In this document: one piece after another, positions 36,813-51,986 of the stretch
Position numbering within the stretch: the first letter of the stretch is position 1
Layout: every line of letters begins with the position of its first letter
The notes under the pieces: model-generated
Databases searched by the model: none
Told to the model about the DNA's origin: nothing
What the model saw: the letters and a program-made list of their open reading frames with translations, nothing else
Program-made: the position numbers and the translations under genes
Source of the DNA: Eledone cirrhosa
Lineage: Eukaryota
Direction: 5' to 3'
NCBI GenBank assembly: GCA_964016885.1
Contig: OZ024743.1
Location: 95,294,001 to 95,358,000, forward strand
Length of the DNA stretch: 64,000 nucleotides

Positions 36813-38678
36813 TGATCCATAGAAGGCAGCCGATGAGCGAGGATTGCCCTTGTGTTTGTGTCTTCCGAGCTTTCTGTTTCTTTATTTTCCCCATGTATTA
36901 GAATGTATCTACCTAAGGTTGTCTTATTGATATCAATATTTCATTTATACCATTTTTACAGTTTTATAATACCACTTTAGCTTGTTAGTCCCGGAATAGT
37001 TATTATGATGCATCAACGTATGTATGGAAATATCGCCATACATATAGACACTATATTTGGGAAGTGTATTCTTATGTTTATGTACATATATATATATAAA
37101 CATAAAAAGATGTAAAATATATTTCAGTTTTATGAGAAAACCTAAAACGAAACATAGGCTTCAGACTTGGATGTAAGTGATAGTTATTTTAAAAAACATA
37201 TACAAACAATATATACAAAATTTCTTATGTTTACCCTAATTAACGCGATACATTGATGCTATATAAACATTATAAATTATATATTGACACTGTATTAAGA
37301 AATTATATAGGAAGATTTCACCCAACATCTGTTGATAAATGAAAACCTGAGTATTGATTATTATGCATAGTGGCAGCAGACCTAAGATTCTACTGTTTCA
37401 TTCCTGTATTAGTAAGTGCTACATCAACATCATTCTTTCAGTGTTATCATAGTCTAATTAATCTAACTATGTCACAAGATTAAACACTTCGATTAATTTA
37501 GACTGTATATTGTTTAATTGGATAGACCGGAAGGAAAGTATGAATAATGTGTGAGAAGCAGAACCGAGCACTGAGAGGAATCGAATCTGGCAAAATTCTA
37601 TTCATAAGAATTGTTTTCTGCTTATTTTTGTGAATTATCCAATTTTGTTGTCGCCTAAATCCACTATGATATGAAGTAGTTGAGAAAGATCGAATAGAAT
37701 TGAATATATTCATTCAAGAATGAATAATTATTAATTAGGTTTTTTAGTTCGTGTAAAACGATGCAAAATACCGCTATATTTAAAGCAAGAGTTTACGTTT
37801 TATTTTCAGAAATACTAAATATATCCCGATATTTTCCATCTTTCTTTTAATCATTATAAATTGCTAAAGATACTATCCTTGTAAACATCTGTTCTTCTTC
37901 AATACCTCTCCTGTCATATGAACAAACTAATCATTTCATCGTCACAATCTTCTTTTTTACTATAACAATTTCCTTGTAATTATTGTTTGTTTATTAACTG
38001 TTATTGTGGTGTAAAGCATTTACTTAATATCTTATTTTCTTTCTTACTGTTTTGTTGACTACAATTAGATGACAGATTAATAGTCGGCATTGTTTGCTTC
38101 GGTGATATATCAGTGCAAGTGTGAGTGCATAGATATTAAAACTCCATCATTTACGCCTATTTCAAACTGAAAATCAATTATTTACTCAATCAAGAAGCTT
38201 TATAGAAATAAAAAGTATTTTAAAAGCAAATTTTACGTTTGTATTTTTTCATCAGATACAAGAAATATTTAATGTGTAAAATGTATATAAAACACAGAAG
38301 CCTAATTGAAGTTTCATATAATGCCCTCGGTGATCTAAAACTAGAGAAAATAAGTCAATCTATAATTTATTTAATAGAAGAGAAAAACCAGAAAAATTCA
38401 CCATTTTATTCTCAGTGGAAGGTTTAATTTCTCAGTTTCATAGAAATATAGATGGCCAAAATCTAAAACGGAAATAAAAGTCTCATGCAATCTAATGTCT
38501 CAAAACCTGATACTATAGTTGTTTTGGTGGTTTGATAGAATATGTTCGATGTGATAACATACCAGAAGACGATGAAAAAGGATGAGGGAGAATTGTTTAA
38601 ATACTCTCTCACTTATCAATTAGAGGATATTTCTTCTCAACACACACAGACGCGCGCGCACGCATATATATATATATT

Positions 38679-38710
<32 letters not shown>

Positions 38711-39010
38711 TAAGGAGATAAAAGTATGTAGATCCCATAAATCCTTGTGGAGTGGTAGAGGCACCGTTATACGGCGTGTCTAGGGCAAATGTATACCTAG
38801 CAGGAATACAACCCTATCTAGGGGTGAATACAGCCGATTTTTTCTATAGAGGAGGATCAACCCCAGTACTAGACTGGTATAATTTTTATCGACTACAAAA
38901 GAACAAAAGACAAAGTTGACCATGGTAGGATTTGAACTCAGAGCGTGCAATGAGGTGGGGCGAATACTGCAAAGCATTCTATCTGACGTCTTAACAACTC
39001 TGCCAATTAG

Positions 39011-39103
<93 letters not shown>

Positions 39104-39124
39104 GGTAGTGAATCTGTCTTTCTT

Positions 39125-39199
<75 letters not shown>

Positions 39200-39206
<7 letters not shown>

Positions 39207-39367
39207 CAGGCACACATATATATATGCACGTATCAGTTTACCGAACATTTATTATAATGTTCGCTTTGTTCGTTTGTAAACGAACGGACAGCCTGATTTA
39301 CATTATAATAAATGTTCGTTAAACTGATACGTGCATATATATATGTGTGCCTGTATGTATATATATA

Positions 39368-39445
<78 letters not shown>

Positions 39446-39502
39446 GCTACTGTACGTCTGTATACATATATGTATGTACGTATACATACATACTTACATT
39501 TA
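39200..39502. mobile_element. Fold-back pLTR remnant of PLE family D
   Basis: Homologous to 1140-1468; arms ...GCACGTATCAGTTTA / TAAACTGATACGTGC... Confidence 0.75.
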
Positions 39503-39514
39503 AATATATATATA

Positions 39515-39622
39515 TTTATTAAAATAACAGATTAAAGTTTAAGCAAAGAATCGATGCTTTCGCCCTTAACGGGATCGTCGAGCCCTCTTTGGATTTTAGT
39601 CTTCACATTTATTATTATTACT
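39515..39622. mobile_element. Inverted pLTR fragment plus tail (family E)
   Basis: Both halves match 44361-44645; the minus strand carries GACGA-T.CCC(GTTAA)GGG.C-GAAA ending at the junction. Confidence 0.6.
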
Positions 39623-39640
39623 CTCTCTAAATATATATAT

Positions 39641-39963
<323 letters not shown>

Positions 39964-40142
39964 CTTGTGCTTTTTACTTTTACTTATACCTATTACACCT
40001 CCAACCAGTGCTGCCTGTAATTTCAAGCGGTACATCCTTTTAAGTCTTGAATCTCCACAGCATGCCTTTGACACTAATAACAACTATGTACCCTAAATGT
40101 TCTAAATGACTAGGACTCTAGTTACACGTTTTCGACATTCCT

Positions 40143-40190
40143 TATGCTCCGATGAATCCAGACTTCCCTCTGGAAGAAACAATTGTCAAC
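40143..40190 (+). ncRNA. Degenerate minimal hammerhead in a TA-flanked island (39961-40233)
   Basis: CCGATGA-A.TCCAGA(CTTCCC)TCTGGA.A-GAAA-CAATTG-TC then AATAAA; U4C change and weak stem I. Confidence 0.62.
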
Positions 40191-40704
40191 TAATAAATGT
40201 TCTAAACTAAAATTTGATCGTTTTAACACTTTGTATATATATATGTATATGTATATTATATTTGGCAATATACCTTAAGTTTAATTAAAAACATTTAGAA
40301 GACCATTCGCTATATATATATCAAATCAAACGGTGGATCCGCTGGGGATATCGACAATGAACGTTTAGTACTCAATCAATTGAACGTCTGATTCTTAATT
40401 TATCGTGTAAGAGGCTGAATATGCCACAGCCACCCATACTCATACCCTAGTCAACATGGTACAAAATACAACATGGCTAGAGCATTGATTCACAGACAAA
40501 AACCCTCTCGCCGTCCTTCTATGCAATAACAATCTAGCCCAATTTTACACACCAGATTTGGATGCCACCCAGTGGAAACGGACCAAGGAACTTTACATTG
40601 CGAAGTGAACTTCTTACTCATTCAACCATGTCAGCTTCCACAAATAAAATAAAATAACCATAATACTACACCGCGTGTTTCTATATTTATATACATATCA
40701 ATTT

Positions 40705-41040
40705 GCATACACATACAAAAATACACACACATACACATACACATACAAAAGTACACACACATACACATACAAAAGTACACACACATGCACATACAAAAAT
40801 ACTCACACATACACATACAAAAATACATGCACATACATATACAAAAATACACACACATACACATACAAAAATACACACATACACATTCAAAAATACACAC
40901 ACTTACACATACAAAAATACACACACATACAAAAATACACACACATACACATACAAAAACACACACACATACACATACAAAAATACACACACATACACAT
41001 ACAAAAATACACACACATACAAAAACACACACACACACAC
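40705..41040. repeat. About 22-bp CA-rich minisatellite
   Basis: Unit ACACACATACACATACAAAAAT. Confidence 0.9.
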
Positions 41041-41249
41041 ATATATATTACATTTAAAATATCAGACGTGCTGCTACAATAAGATGTTCAATTGCCATTC
41101 ACTTCACTAGGTTCTGGATTCTAACATGGCCTTTATTTCTGCAAATTTACACACATTTAATTGTTTCTACACACATTTATAGGATTATATACCAGATTTG
41201 AATGATTAAAATATCATTTTTATCTTTAATGATTTCCATGTGTCAGCGT

Positions 41250-41503
41250 GTCTGTGTGTGATAGCTCACACCTATGCAGGTTTAGCTGGCCTCCTCCAAG
41301 GTATATCTCGTTGGAAGTGTCTTGGGTAATTTAATGATAAGGACCCCGGTCCTATCATCTCATTTCTACATCTGAGTAAACTGGAGAAACGTGAAATAAA
41401 GTGTCATGCTGAAGGAAACAACACATCACCCGGTCCGAGAATTGAACTCACAACCTTTCGATTGCAAGCCGAATGCTCTAACCACTAAGCCATGCGCCTT
41501 CAC
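41250..41503 (-). mobile_element. tRNA-derived SINE family A
   Basis: Near-identical to 10100-10356. Confidence 0.88.
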
Positions 41504-41947
41504 GTGCCAGTAATCAACAGAAACTATGGGGTGTCTCTTATGTAAATCATAGATATATTAAATTCAAAAGATTGGTCATATATCCAGTAATGCAAGTATA
41601 TATGACATACCAATCCCGGGTTCCAAACATTAACAACATTCACCCGCTATTGCCGTCACTATTGACAACGCTGATCTTCTAGATTAACATAAATATCATT
41701 TGGAAGATAGATGATAGACAACACATTGGAGTAGAGTAGTCTCTATTTTTTGTAGTAAGGGATTCATAGTTGTTCTATCAACTCCAGGGTGATATAAGGC
41801 AAACCCATAGCCTCGGGATCTCAGCTTAATGTATGTACTGGTCTGTAACTCCTGACAGAATCATAGAGGTGCCAATGTAACATACAATGTATCTTGGGCA
41901 TATTCTAAACATGGCGGAGCCCACATCCCTTCTCTAGCAAATTTCTT

Positions 41948-42059
<112 letters not shown>

Positions 42060-42417
42060 TTTGCCATTCATCCTTTCAAGGTCTTCAAAAAAGTACCAGT
42101 TCAATACTGGGATCGATTTTCCTGTCACCTTCTCTGAAAGAAATCGTCAGCGTTCCGACATGGAGAGGGATGAGCTATGCCAGGTTTAAAATGCCCACGT
42201 CGTGTGTCAAGACGGCGCCACTTTATCTTTAATGTGTTTTTCTTAAAACAGTAATGTATGACTTAACGAATATCTCGCTGGTATTTCTAGGAAAACCACC
42301 GACCCTGTACGGTCTCTCTCACTACAGTCATTGTTGTTTAGGCACTGGTCACTTCCCCTAGAGCAGACCTAGCAAAACCCATTGAAGCCATACAAGCCAT
42401 GCATATATTTTCTTTTT

Positions 42418-42459
<42 letters not shown>

Positions 42460-42794
42460 TTAACTATAACAAAGCTATACTAGAGTTAGTGCCCTTATTT
42501 TATCTTCCCGCGTGCCCGCCGATAATCTATATGCAAATGTGACTGATCAGGTATAGTAACTAGGCTTCTAAACTATATGTTTTAGCTTATATTAAGTTCC
42601 AGCTGTAAGCGGGATCAGGGAGCCCTATCTTGATAACGACCAGAGTCAGAAATGACGTGATCATCGCTGCTGGAACACACTAGATGGTATAACACCATCA
42701 GTTTTCAGACTAGATGGTATTACACCATCAGCAGAAGGCTTTCAAAGTGTTTACTTATAAACATACCGTATATCGACAAACATACAACTTCACC

Positions 42795-42845
<51 letters not shown>

Positions 42846-42852
42846 CATTATA

Positions 42853-42874
<22 letters not shown>

Positions 42875-42889
<15 letters not shown>

Positions 42890-44129
42890 CCTAGGGCGGG
42901 TAAAATTCCCGAGATCTATGGACGAGTTCTCTCCAGCGGTCTCTGTCCCTCATTATCGCTGCCATGTCCTGCGTCACCAACAGACCAGTGTCTGTCCTTA
43001 GGGCATCAACATACGTCTTGGTCTTCCTCTTCCAGTGTGTCCATGTAGGGGCTCCCACAGGAGCACTGAGTGCAGTGTGAACTCTGGATGTCGGTGAGCA
43101 TGTCCAGCTAACCTCAGTCTCCTCTGTGTCACATTTGAGCTGACATTTGGGAGGCTCCTATACAGCTCCGAGTTTTTCATCCTCAGTGTATACTGATTAA
43201 TGTTCAGAGCCATCCTCAGCATTCTCGTGTAGCACCCATCCACCATCTGAGTGAGTTTCTTGGTCAGTGTCCAAGTCTCAGACCCGTACAGCAGCACAGA
43301 CTCCACTACAGCAATGAAGAGGCGGATTTTCAGGTCTTTACGAAGGTCCGACTTCCACACCGATCTCAAGCTGTGGCACACCCACCGCCCAGGCTTTGCT
43401 CTTCCTCTTAACCACATGATCTTCCGTATTCCCAATCTTTGCTCCCAAATACAGGAAGTCTTCAACCAATTCTAGCGGCTTCCCGCCTACATTAGTGATC
43501 CCCTCTGGCTTCTAAACATTCTCTACGAGATATTTTGTTTTAGTCTCATTCATTCTCAGCCCCACACTCATCGTCAGTCTCAACCCCCTGCATCAAATCC
43601 TCCGCCTCCTTCATTGTATTTGTCACCAAAACTATGTCGTCAGCAAATTCAGCATCCGATATCTTTTTCGCCTTAACCCTCTGCTCTGAGCCGGTGCTAC
43701 AGTAAAGCCAGAGTCCTGGTGTTTCTTCAGTGCAAGGCGCATACAATAGTCCACTACGATGATAAACAGGATGATTCTTAACAGGATCCAGCCTGAAATG
43801 GATAAGAAGCTCAAGGACAACCAGAACGGCTTCAGAGATGGAAGATCAACCACCAGTCACATCCTGATTCTGAGGAGGATATTAGAGGGAGCTAGAGCAA
43901 AATGCCTTCCTGCGGTCATGGGTTTCATTGACTTTAGGAAGGCCTTTGATTCTGTAGACCGTCACTGCCTAATGAAGATCTTACAGGCTTATGGAAGCCC
44001 CAAGAAGATAGTGGACCTGTATCACTGCTCTACACCAACACCAAAGCCCAAGTCATTACACCTGATGGGATGACAGAGTTCTTTGAGATACTGGGTGGAG
44101 TGCTCCAGGGAGATACATTGGCTCCCTAC
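42875..44129 (-). mobile_element. RTE-clade LINE, 5'-truncated with inverted 5' segment
   Basis: Minus part 43770-42890: LFIIVVDY, EFADDI, VLLYGSETW, GRGRP, poly(A); plus part 43765-44129: NQNGFR..RSTT, FIDFRKAFDSV, QGDTLAPY. Confidence 0.92.
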
Positions 44130-44291
44130 TTTTATATATATATATATATATAACGAAGGAAGTGTGGTAACGAACCAGGTGGACCATAACGCAACAGAGT
44201 ACTCGATACTTTGGGTAGTAGAGTGGGTAATAGAAAAATGTTCAGGACATCGAAACGGCTTGAGCTCTGCCAGCGGGGTCTTGAACCGTTT

Positions 44292-44360
<69 letters not shown>

Positions 44361-44364
<4 letters not shown>

Positions 44365-44645
44365 TAAAATAACAGATTAAAGTTTAAGCAAAGAATCGCT
44401 GCTTTCACCCTTAACGGGACCTTCTGAAATGTATGGGTATGTAAAAACAAGCACGTACATAAAAAAAAATCACACACACACACGCACATACAGAATCCAC
44501 GAAAGTGAAAGCAGCGATTCTTTGCTTAAACTTTAATCTGTTATTTTAATAAATATTTGCTCTACGGTTCTTATATATTTGATATATATTTATCTTTATC
44601 GAGCCCTCTTTGGATTTTAGTCTTCAAATGTTTTTATTATTACTA
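44361..44645. mobile_element. Fold-back pLTR remnant (family E)
   Basis: 44361-44408 is the reverse complement of about 44505-44552; one-sided tail; TA flanks. Confidence 0.68.
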
Positions 44646-45318
44646 TATATATATATAACACGTGCAGACCCAGAGAAGAAAAAAAGTAACAGTGCACAAG
44701 AATGCAATGTCAATGGATATTTTATTTAGACCGTTTGTGCAGAGAGTTGGATATAAGAGAACTGCTTTGTTATCACAAGATTTCATATTCTATTTGTTAC
44801 GTTGGTTTTGTCTTTGATGTCATTAGCTGTCGTGTTAACAATTTATATGCAACTTTATAAGACCCTTTTTACCATATTTGCTATTGACATTATATATTTA
44901 TGCCACAGTAATCTATAATAGCTGAAGGCACTGGAATAGTTATTAGGAGGTATCAGTATGTACATGTAGCGCTTTACATATCGACTTTATATTTGGGAAT
45001 CCTGTGCTGAGGTAAATGTTTGCCGATGATGTTAGGGAGAAAGTGTTAATGCATATAAACACGTGAAAATATTCGGAAATCAAATTAGAAAATAGGTTTA
45101 CCCTCTGGACTCAATGAGAGTGACAATTATAAACAAAAACATATACACTACACATACAAAACTTTATATATTTACATTAATTAATGTGATATATTAATAT
45201 TCTATAAACATTATATATTATATATTAACCTTGTATTAATAACGCACAGGAAGATTTCAATTTCCCACTTCATCTCCACATGCATTTTGTAATCTGCAGG
45301 ATTAACAGGTACTCTCTC

Positions 45319-45456
<138 letters not shown>

Positions 45457-45507
45457 TGTGTGTGTGTGTGTGTGTGTGTGTGCATTTATATGTGTCCGTG
45501 TGTATAT

Positions 45508-45640
45508 GTGTGAAGGCGCTTGACTTAGTAGTTAGGGTGTTCGGCTCCCGATCGTAACGTTGTAAGCTCGATTCCCTGCGACGTGTCCTTGAGCAATGCA
45601 CGCCATTTGCCGCTGCCCCAGTCTACTCAGTTGGTAGAAT
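45508..45640 (+). mobile_element. tRNA-derived SINE (family A-related), partial
   Basis: TGTGAAGGCGC head, GTGTCCTTGAGCAA core. Confidence 0.7.
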
Positions 45641-45714
45641 AATTGCACCTTAACTGAAACGGCCAACATTGTTATATACAGTATTTTTGTTGAATTTCCC
45701 TGATAATTATTTCA

Positions 45715-46740
45715 TGGGTGTACACAACAACTTGGCTGCATCCAGGTGCAAAGAAGTGGCACATAATAGATTTTGTTCTCGTGTGTAGACGTGATGTCCG
45801 TATGTTGTGAGAAGCTGAGAATTGGACAGACCATTGTCTGGTTGGCATTAAGGTAAAATTTGTAGAAAATTCGAAATTACAAATAATTTCCAAGGAAATT
45901 AAATATTGCTCTGATTAAAAATGCTTCAATAAAGGATGAGCAGGTGAGAAGGTTAACCAAGATTCAATGTGATGACAAATGGAAGATTTCAAAACTTTTT
46001 TATTAGGAAACAGCAAGACTGGTTTGATGGAAATGAAGAAGAGATTCAAGTTTTACGTAATGAAAAGAAGACATTGGTGATAAGAGTGCTTCTAGGAGGG
46101 CAAGGAGCTGGAAGAAGTGAAATGTTGTTGAAAGACGTGAAGGCTAATTTACAACGCAATCTCTGGAATATGCAAGGTACATGGTAGAGAAGTAAAGCGA
46201 AGGAGATTCAGGCTACAGCTGATGCAAACAACACGAAGCTACTTAACAGTTTATTACAAGAAGAATATGGTTTTTATTCTTCTTCAATTACACCTCTGAA
46301 ATATCAGAATGGCAACGAATTGTTTAATGACACAAAGTAAATCCTTTCGAAATGGAAGGAACACTTACTAAACTTTTGAATAGGCCTTCTCAGATCAATG
46401 GGAGTTTATTGACTCATTCCTAGTTGGCCTACAAATGATGTACTAGCAGAAAGTCCTACAATGGGGGAAATGGAAGTGGCTATAAAACAACTAGGGAAGT
46501 ATGATATTTGTGCTGAGGTACTGAAATGTGGAAGTCAAAACATTCGTCGGCTTCTTATAAACCTGATAAGTAAGGTTTGGGAGGAAGAAAGCGTTCCCCA
46601 TTAATGGAAAGATGCATTGATGATGGGTCTTATAAAGAAAACGTTGCAATACGTTGTGATAATTATAGTGGGATAGCCTTACTATCAATCGTGTAAAACG
46701 TCTTGTGCAAGATCATGCTGGAAAGATTGACAACATACTT
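45715..46740 (+). pseudogene. Degenerate RTE-BovB-like APE endonuclease-linker-RT fragment
   Basis: HPGAKKWHIIDFVL, WTDHCLV, QDWFDGNEEEIQ, KAKEIQATAD, WKDA; stops and frameshifts. Confidence 0.75.
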
Positions 46741-46894
46741 TCAGACAAATATATATATTCTAAAGCTGTTATTATTTAAATGGCAAAACAGGCAGTCGAT
46801 TGGCAGAGTTGTTAGATAGAATACCTTGCAATATTCTTTCTGGCTGACTGCGCTGAGATTTTAAATCCTATAAATGTGCCTTCTACATATATAT

Positions 46895-47050
46895 ATAGGG
46901 AGACACAAAACAGGCTTTGCTTACAACTAGCGAATTTGAAAATGTATGTAGTAACATGTGCTTACGCCGTATTTGACTTAATATAATTCGTCTGTTACTT
47001 GAGATTTAAAAAAACCCTCTGAAATACGGCGTAAGCACATGTTACTACCT
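46895..47050. mobile_element. Fold-back pLTR-like remnant between TA tracts
   Basis: 27-bp perfect inverted repeat at 46948-46974 / 47022-47048; one-sided tail. Confidence 0.58.
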
Positions 47051-47433
47051 TATATACATATATATATATATTAGTGGAAGTAGGGGATCTGCCGCGTCGA
47101 TGCCGGGTTCAGCTGTGTGTGCGTGCATGTGTATCTCGTAACTTAGCATTCTGTTAAAAAGAGAACGAGAAAATAGGTACTACACTTGAAAATATAAGTA
47201 ACGGGTCTGATATGATCGATTAAATTAAAGTGCGAGAGAAAATACATTATTTATTGAACTGAAAAGAATGACTATGCCAGGATTTGAACTCAGAGTGCTG
47301 TAAACCGGAACAAATATAGAGGTATGTTTAATCTGACGCTGCCTTTTCTTTATATGTGCAATTAACAATAATATTTAATTTTACAAACGAGAGGAAAAAA
47401 AAAGCTCTCAATACATAAAGTCAAATTTAGAAA

Positions 47434-47682
47434 CGGGGGTCGACTTAAAAGTTCACAGGCTGACTATGAAAACATAACGCTAAAGCTGCTAAATCTTGCA
47501 TGCATTAATTTCAACTCTTATTAATAACTGCATTGTTTCTTTCCAGGGACTATGTTGAAAAATAAACCTCATTTGGTCGTTCGATGCGAGTACCTATGAA
47601 CTTTTCAGCTATTGAACTTTCTGCATATGAACTTTTCAGCTATTGAACTTTCTGCCTATGAACTTTTCAGCCGAACCTCGTA
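47434..47682 (+). mobile_element. Mariner-derived MITE
   Basis: TIRs CGGGGGTCGACTTAAAAGTTCACAGGC / GCCTATGAACTTTTCAGCCGAACCTCG-TA; internal GGGACTATGTTGAAAAATAA (GDYVEK*, mariner transposase end). Confidence 0.78.
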
Positions 47683-47844
47683 TATCTAAAGTTGGTGAAA
47701 AGGCAGTCATTAGAACGTCCAATTAAAAACGCTTCCGTATTTGTTCCGGCTCACCGCTCTTTAAGTTCAAATCCAGCTTAAGTCAACGTTGCTTTTCATA
47801 TTTTCGAGGTCGATAAATAAAGTACCACATCAGTACTGGGGTAG

Positions 47845-47918
<74 letters not shown>

Positions 47919-50446
47919 ATCTAAAAGAAATTAGGTATGTTTGGACATAGTGAATGATGGGCTCCACCAGGTTACAAATGACCAAGACACTCCATCAGGA
48001 ATAGTTAAGGTATTTTACCTTATATATAAAGAAAGGCAGGAGGTGGGCTACTCTTCGTCAACGTAATACAGTTGGAAATCTGCCAGTTATGGCAAACATC
48101 ATTATTTATTCTTACCTTGAAAAAAAAAGCTCTAAAGTTCTATATCTGTTAGAAATCAATAGACCCCGCTCCCACCTGTTCATTGAATTATATAAGACCA
48201 ATGATTTCAAATTTTGACACAAGGCTAGCAATTTCTCTGTGTGTTGGAGAGTTGATTAAATCGACACCACTTGTTGATTGATATTTTTATTTATCTCAGA
48301 AGGAGAAATGGCAAAGTTGGCATCGGCAGAATTTGAACTGAGAACATAAAGAGCTGGAACAAATACTGCTAAACATTTCCCGACACTCTAGCGACTCAGC
48401 CAAGCAACCGACTTTAGTAGTATTAGAGTGAAGACAATCAAATGATATCAATACACAAGCCTAAACACTTCCAATTATCTCTTGTTCAATCTCATTTGAA
48501 TAATTGCAATATGTTTAAATTTTATTTACCATATATGGTAAGTAATTATTCCCAACATACACTGAAAATAATTATAGAATTATGGCCACGAATTACTTTC
48601 TATATTTCTTTTTTTCATATAATTCGGCAAGGTTTTAATTTTTCCTCCTCAACCAATAATGGTGGAAGCCAGGACTCGTATCTCTAGCACCAAGTAATCG
48701 GGCATCAAACACGAACATGTAATTCTTACTGTTACCAAAATGTTCAAGAAATTTCTCAGTAAGTTATTAATTAATGGTTTGTAATTTAGACACAAGGTCA
48801 GCATTGTTTTTTTTTGTCGACTGTATCGACTCTAGTACTTGACCAGTGCTTTATTTCATCGACCTTGGCGGGATTTGAACTCATAAGGCAATGAGCCATA
48901 ATTGAATGCTTACGTCCTGGGTTCAATTCCAGCCGGAATCGAAATTGTCTTTCATCCCTACTCCGTCGATAAAATAAAGTACTAGTCACGTACTGAGGTC
49001 GGTATAATTGACTTCCCCTTTTCCCCAAACTTAGAAATCATTAGCTCGTAGACTTCCATTTACAGACGTCTGTATCCATGATACAGACTGAAGTATTTTC
49101 TAGAATGAAGCATTATTGTTTTTTATTGTTTTGTTGCCCATCTTTTGGGTTCAAGCCACACCAATTCAATATTTATTTTTTAGAAATAGTGAATGATTTA
49201 ATATATCCTTTTTCTAAAACACTAGGGTGCGTTTTGCAGGAGATTATATGCCAATGCCAGCAAATAAAACAAATGTGTAGCCAACTTGTGTTGCTCGCAA
49301 TTATACATTTAATATCAGATAGTGTTAATTAAATAATATTAATACCTAGTTAAACGTATTTTGTTTCATCAATGATATTCCAATCTTTCCTGAGGGATAT
49401 TTCTTCTGCCTCTGTAATCCAGTGACCGACAGGGATCAATATTCGAACTAGCTTCATACCTTCATATAAATCTATTCAGCAGTTAAGAGCCCCACATATA
49501 TATTGCATATGACCACCTATATATCTCTCTTTAAACTAGAATGACATTAATTCAAGCTATCTTGCATAATTCATCCTTTTCGTGCAATAAAATATTAAAC
49601 TTCCACATTTCAAGCTCTATAATAAATATACTAAAATGATCGAGTGTGAATAGCTAGAACTCTTCCCTCCCTCATGAAGGGAGTTTAGAAAGTAATAATG
49701 ACAGGGTTTCAGAGTGTTATGAATCTTAATTTATATTCCTGGCTATCATAATTAGCGTGAAGAAGTGTAGCCAATTAGACAGTATGTAGCTTTTGATTCA
49801 ATTACGATATATATAGAGAAATAGTATTATGAACGGACTGGCTTTTAAATTATAAAGGTTATGTATAATTTAATTAGTGAAACAAGTAGCACATTGATTT
49901 TGTTTGACAAAAACTAATTCATCAATTTCTAATAGAGTTAAACTCATTGTGTCAAGGGAAAACAATAGGTGAGTATTAAGTGTATATTCAAGAGTAATAA
50001 TTAGTGGAATGGTCATCCGTCGCTTTCGACGATGAGTGTTCCAATTGTTAGATTACCAGAAAGGTCTGCCCATGAGAATAATGTGTAAGTAGCTGAACAT
50101 TCCACAGACATGTGTACCGTTAATGTAATTCTCAGAGAGATTAAGCGAAACACAGAGTGTGACAAAGTTGGTACATTGAAGTACAGTTCATCTTACGTGC
50201 TTCCGAACAGTTTCAGTCTAGCCAATTTCACTCGCAAGACATGAGTCAGCCTGGGACCATGGTAAATGGTCCTAAGGTAAAACGAAGTGGGATCGAATCC
50301 GAAAAATGATTACAAAGCGAACCTCTTAACCATTTGACCATACTGCGTCCACAATTAAAAAAAGAATAACAGGGCAATGAGTACATTTGAAATTTAATTT
50401 TCGAAATCATATGTAGAAGATAATGCATAAATAAGAGCCTAAATAA

Positions 50447-50639
50447 GAGACCTGTCAAATCTCCCCGTCGGACGGGGAGATCTCCCATCCACTTTGGGGT
50501 TGGGGAGAGATGTCTTCTCTTGAGAAAATGGGCATAGCTTTCATTATGTAAAAATCTCCGTATTGCCTCATTTCTCCCCGTTTGGGGGAGGTTTTTTCAT
50601 GGTACTCCCCGTTTGGGTTTTTAGAGACTGACAGGTCTG
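50447..50639. mobile_element. Probable hAT-type MITE
   Basis: TIR AGACCTGTCA / TGACAGGTCT, subterminal CTCCCCGT repeats; no clear TSD. Confidence 0.5.
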
Positions 50640-51816
50640 ACTCATATATGTGTGTTTATTTATTTATGTGTCCCCAGCACTCGTGACAATGCGGAGGGTT
50701 TTGCTTGATTGCTCGATCTGCAAGAAATCACACCTTACTGTATTTCTATTATGTTAATAGAAATACAGTACTTTCGAGAAGTACACTGAGTCAAAAGTAT
50801 CTGAATAGTCATGGTTCAAACACCAACGATCATAATTCTTTCAGTTAGAAATGATGGGGAACTAAACAGCAGTAGCCGCTGCCTGGCGCTGGATATCTTT
50901 TTACTACGAAGACGCCATATTATTTATAAAGACAGAAAATTGGATAGTATGATATTTACACTCTTCCCAACTGATATCATATATGTAGGTGCAGTCGAAT
51001 GACTGTAAATACGGCATCATTTTCGTTAGGTTGTATTATCCATACTCTTAGGTAAAACCAACACAGTATGATGAGCCCACCTTTCGCGATTACACTTGAG
51101 GGTGTAAGTGAAAAATAATTTTGGAAACCAAGAATTATGATCATTTTACCAAAATTGTATATAACATCAATGTAAAATAATTAGTTGGTATTCAGTATAT
51201 AGAATACCAACTCATATAGAAGTGCTCATGTCATTCCATTCAGTAATACAGAATATGTTTTTCTTAGAATTATAACATCGTTCGAGACACGTATAGTTGA
51301 GTTACTACCAAACCGTAGAGCTGACAAAACTAATATGTAATACCTATATATATTATGTAATTGCTCTTTTTTAAACATATGTTGGTAGCTCCTCCTAAGT
51401 TACTAAGTATATATTTCGTTTCAACACTTATGTACATGGTCGGTTGTTGATGTGTATATTATAGTAATGTTTGGTGTGAAAAGATGGTGTTCATATGATT
51501 GCTTATGAAACGTCTTTTAACGATAACAATATCATTGTACACACTTTTTCTCTCAATTTTCTGCAAGTTATATCTTGGCATATTTATGTAGTATATGCTT
51601 ACTGTTTTTAACATTTATACACTTAGTATGTGTGTAAGTGTTGTTGCAAAATGTTAAAAACTATATACAGTACTTATGCATTTAGATGAATGTTTGTATT
51701 AATATATACAAATGTCTGTTTCACACCTTTAACTTTCAACAGTTTTATACATCAGCGTTGACTAGTATGTATACACATTTATGTAAGTTTTTAGAATACA
51801 GGAATATGCTATATTG

Positions 51817-51986
51817 TGTCTTGGGTGATTTAATGATAGGGACTCCAATCCTATCATCTCGTTTCTACAGCTGAGTAAACTGGAGTGTCTTGCTCAAGGA
51901 AACATCACACCACCCGGTCCAAGAATTGAACTCACAACCTTTCGATTGCAAGCCCAATGCTCTAACCACTAAGCCATGCGCCTTCA
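51817..51986 (-). mobile_element. SINE family A lacking its 3' tail but with an 8-bp TSD
   Basis: CTATATTG at 51809-51816 and 51987-51994. Confidence 0.82.

Noticed and set aside
42620-42672. Hammerhead-like TTGATAA-C.GAC(CAGA)GTC.A-GAAA-TGACGTGATCA-TC
   Set aside because: Stem I does not pair convincingly and there is no second copy to confirm; not called
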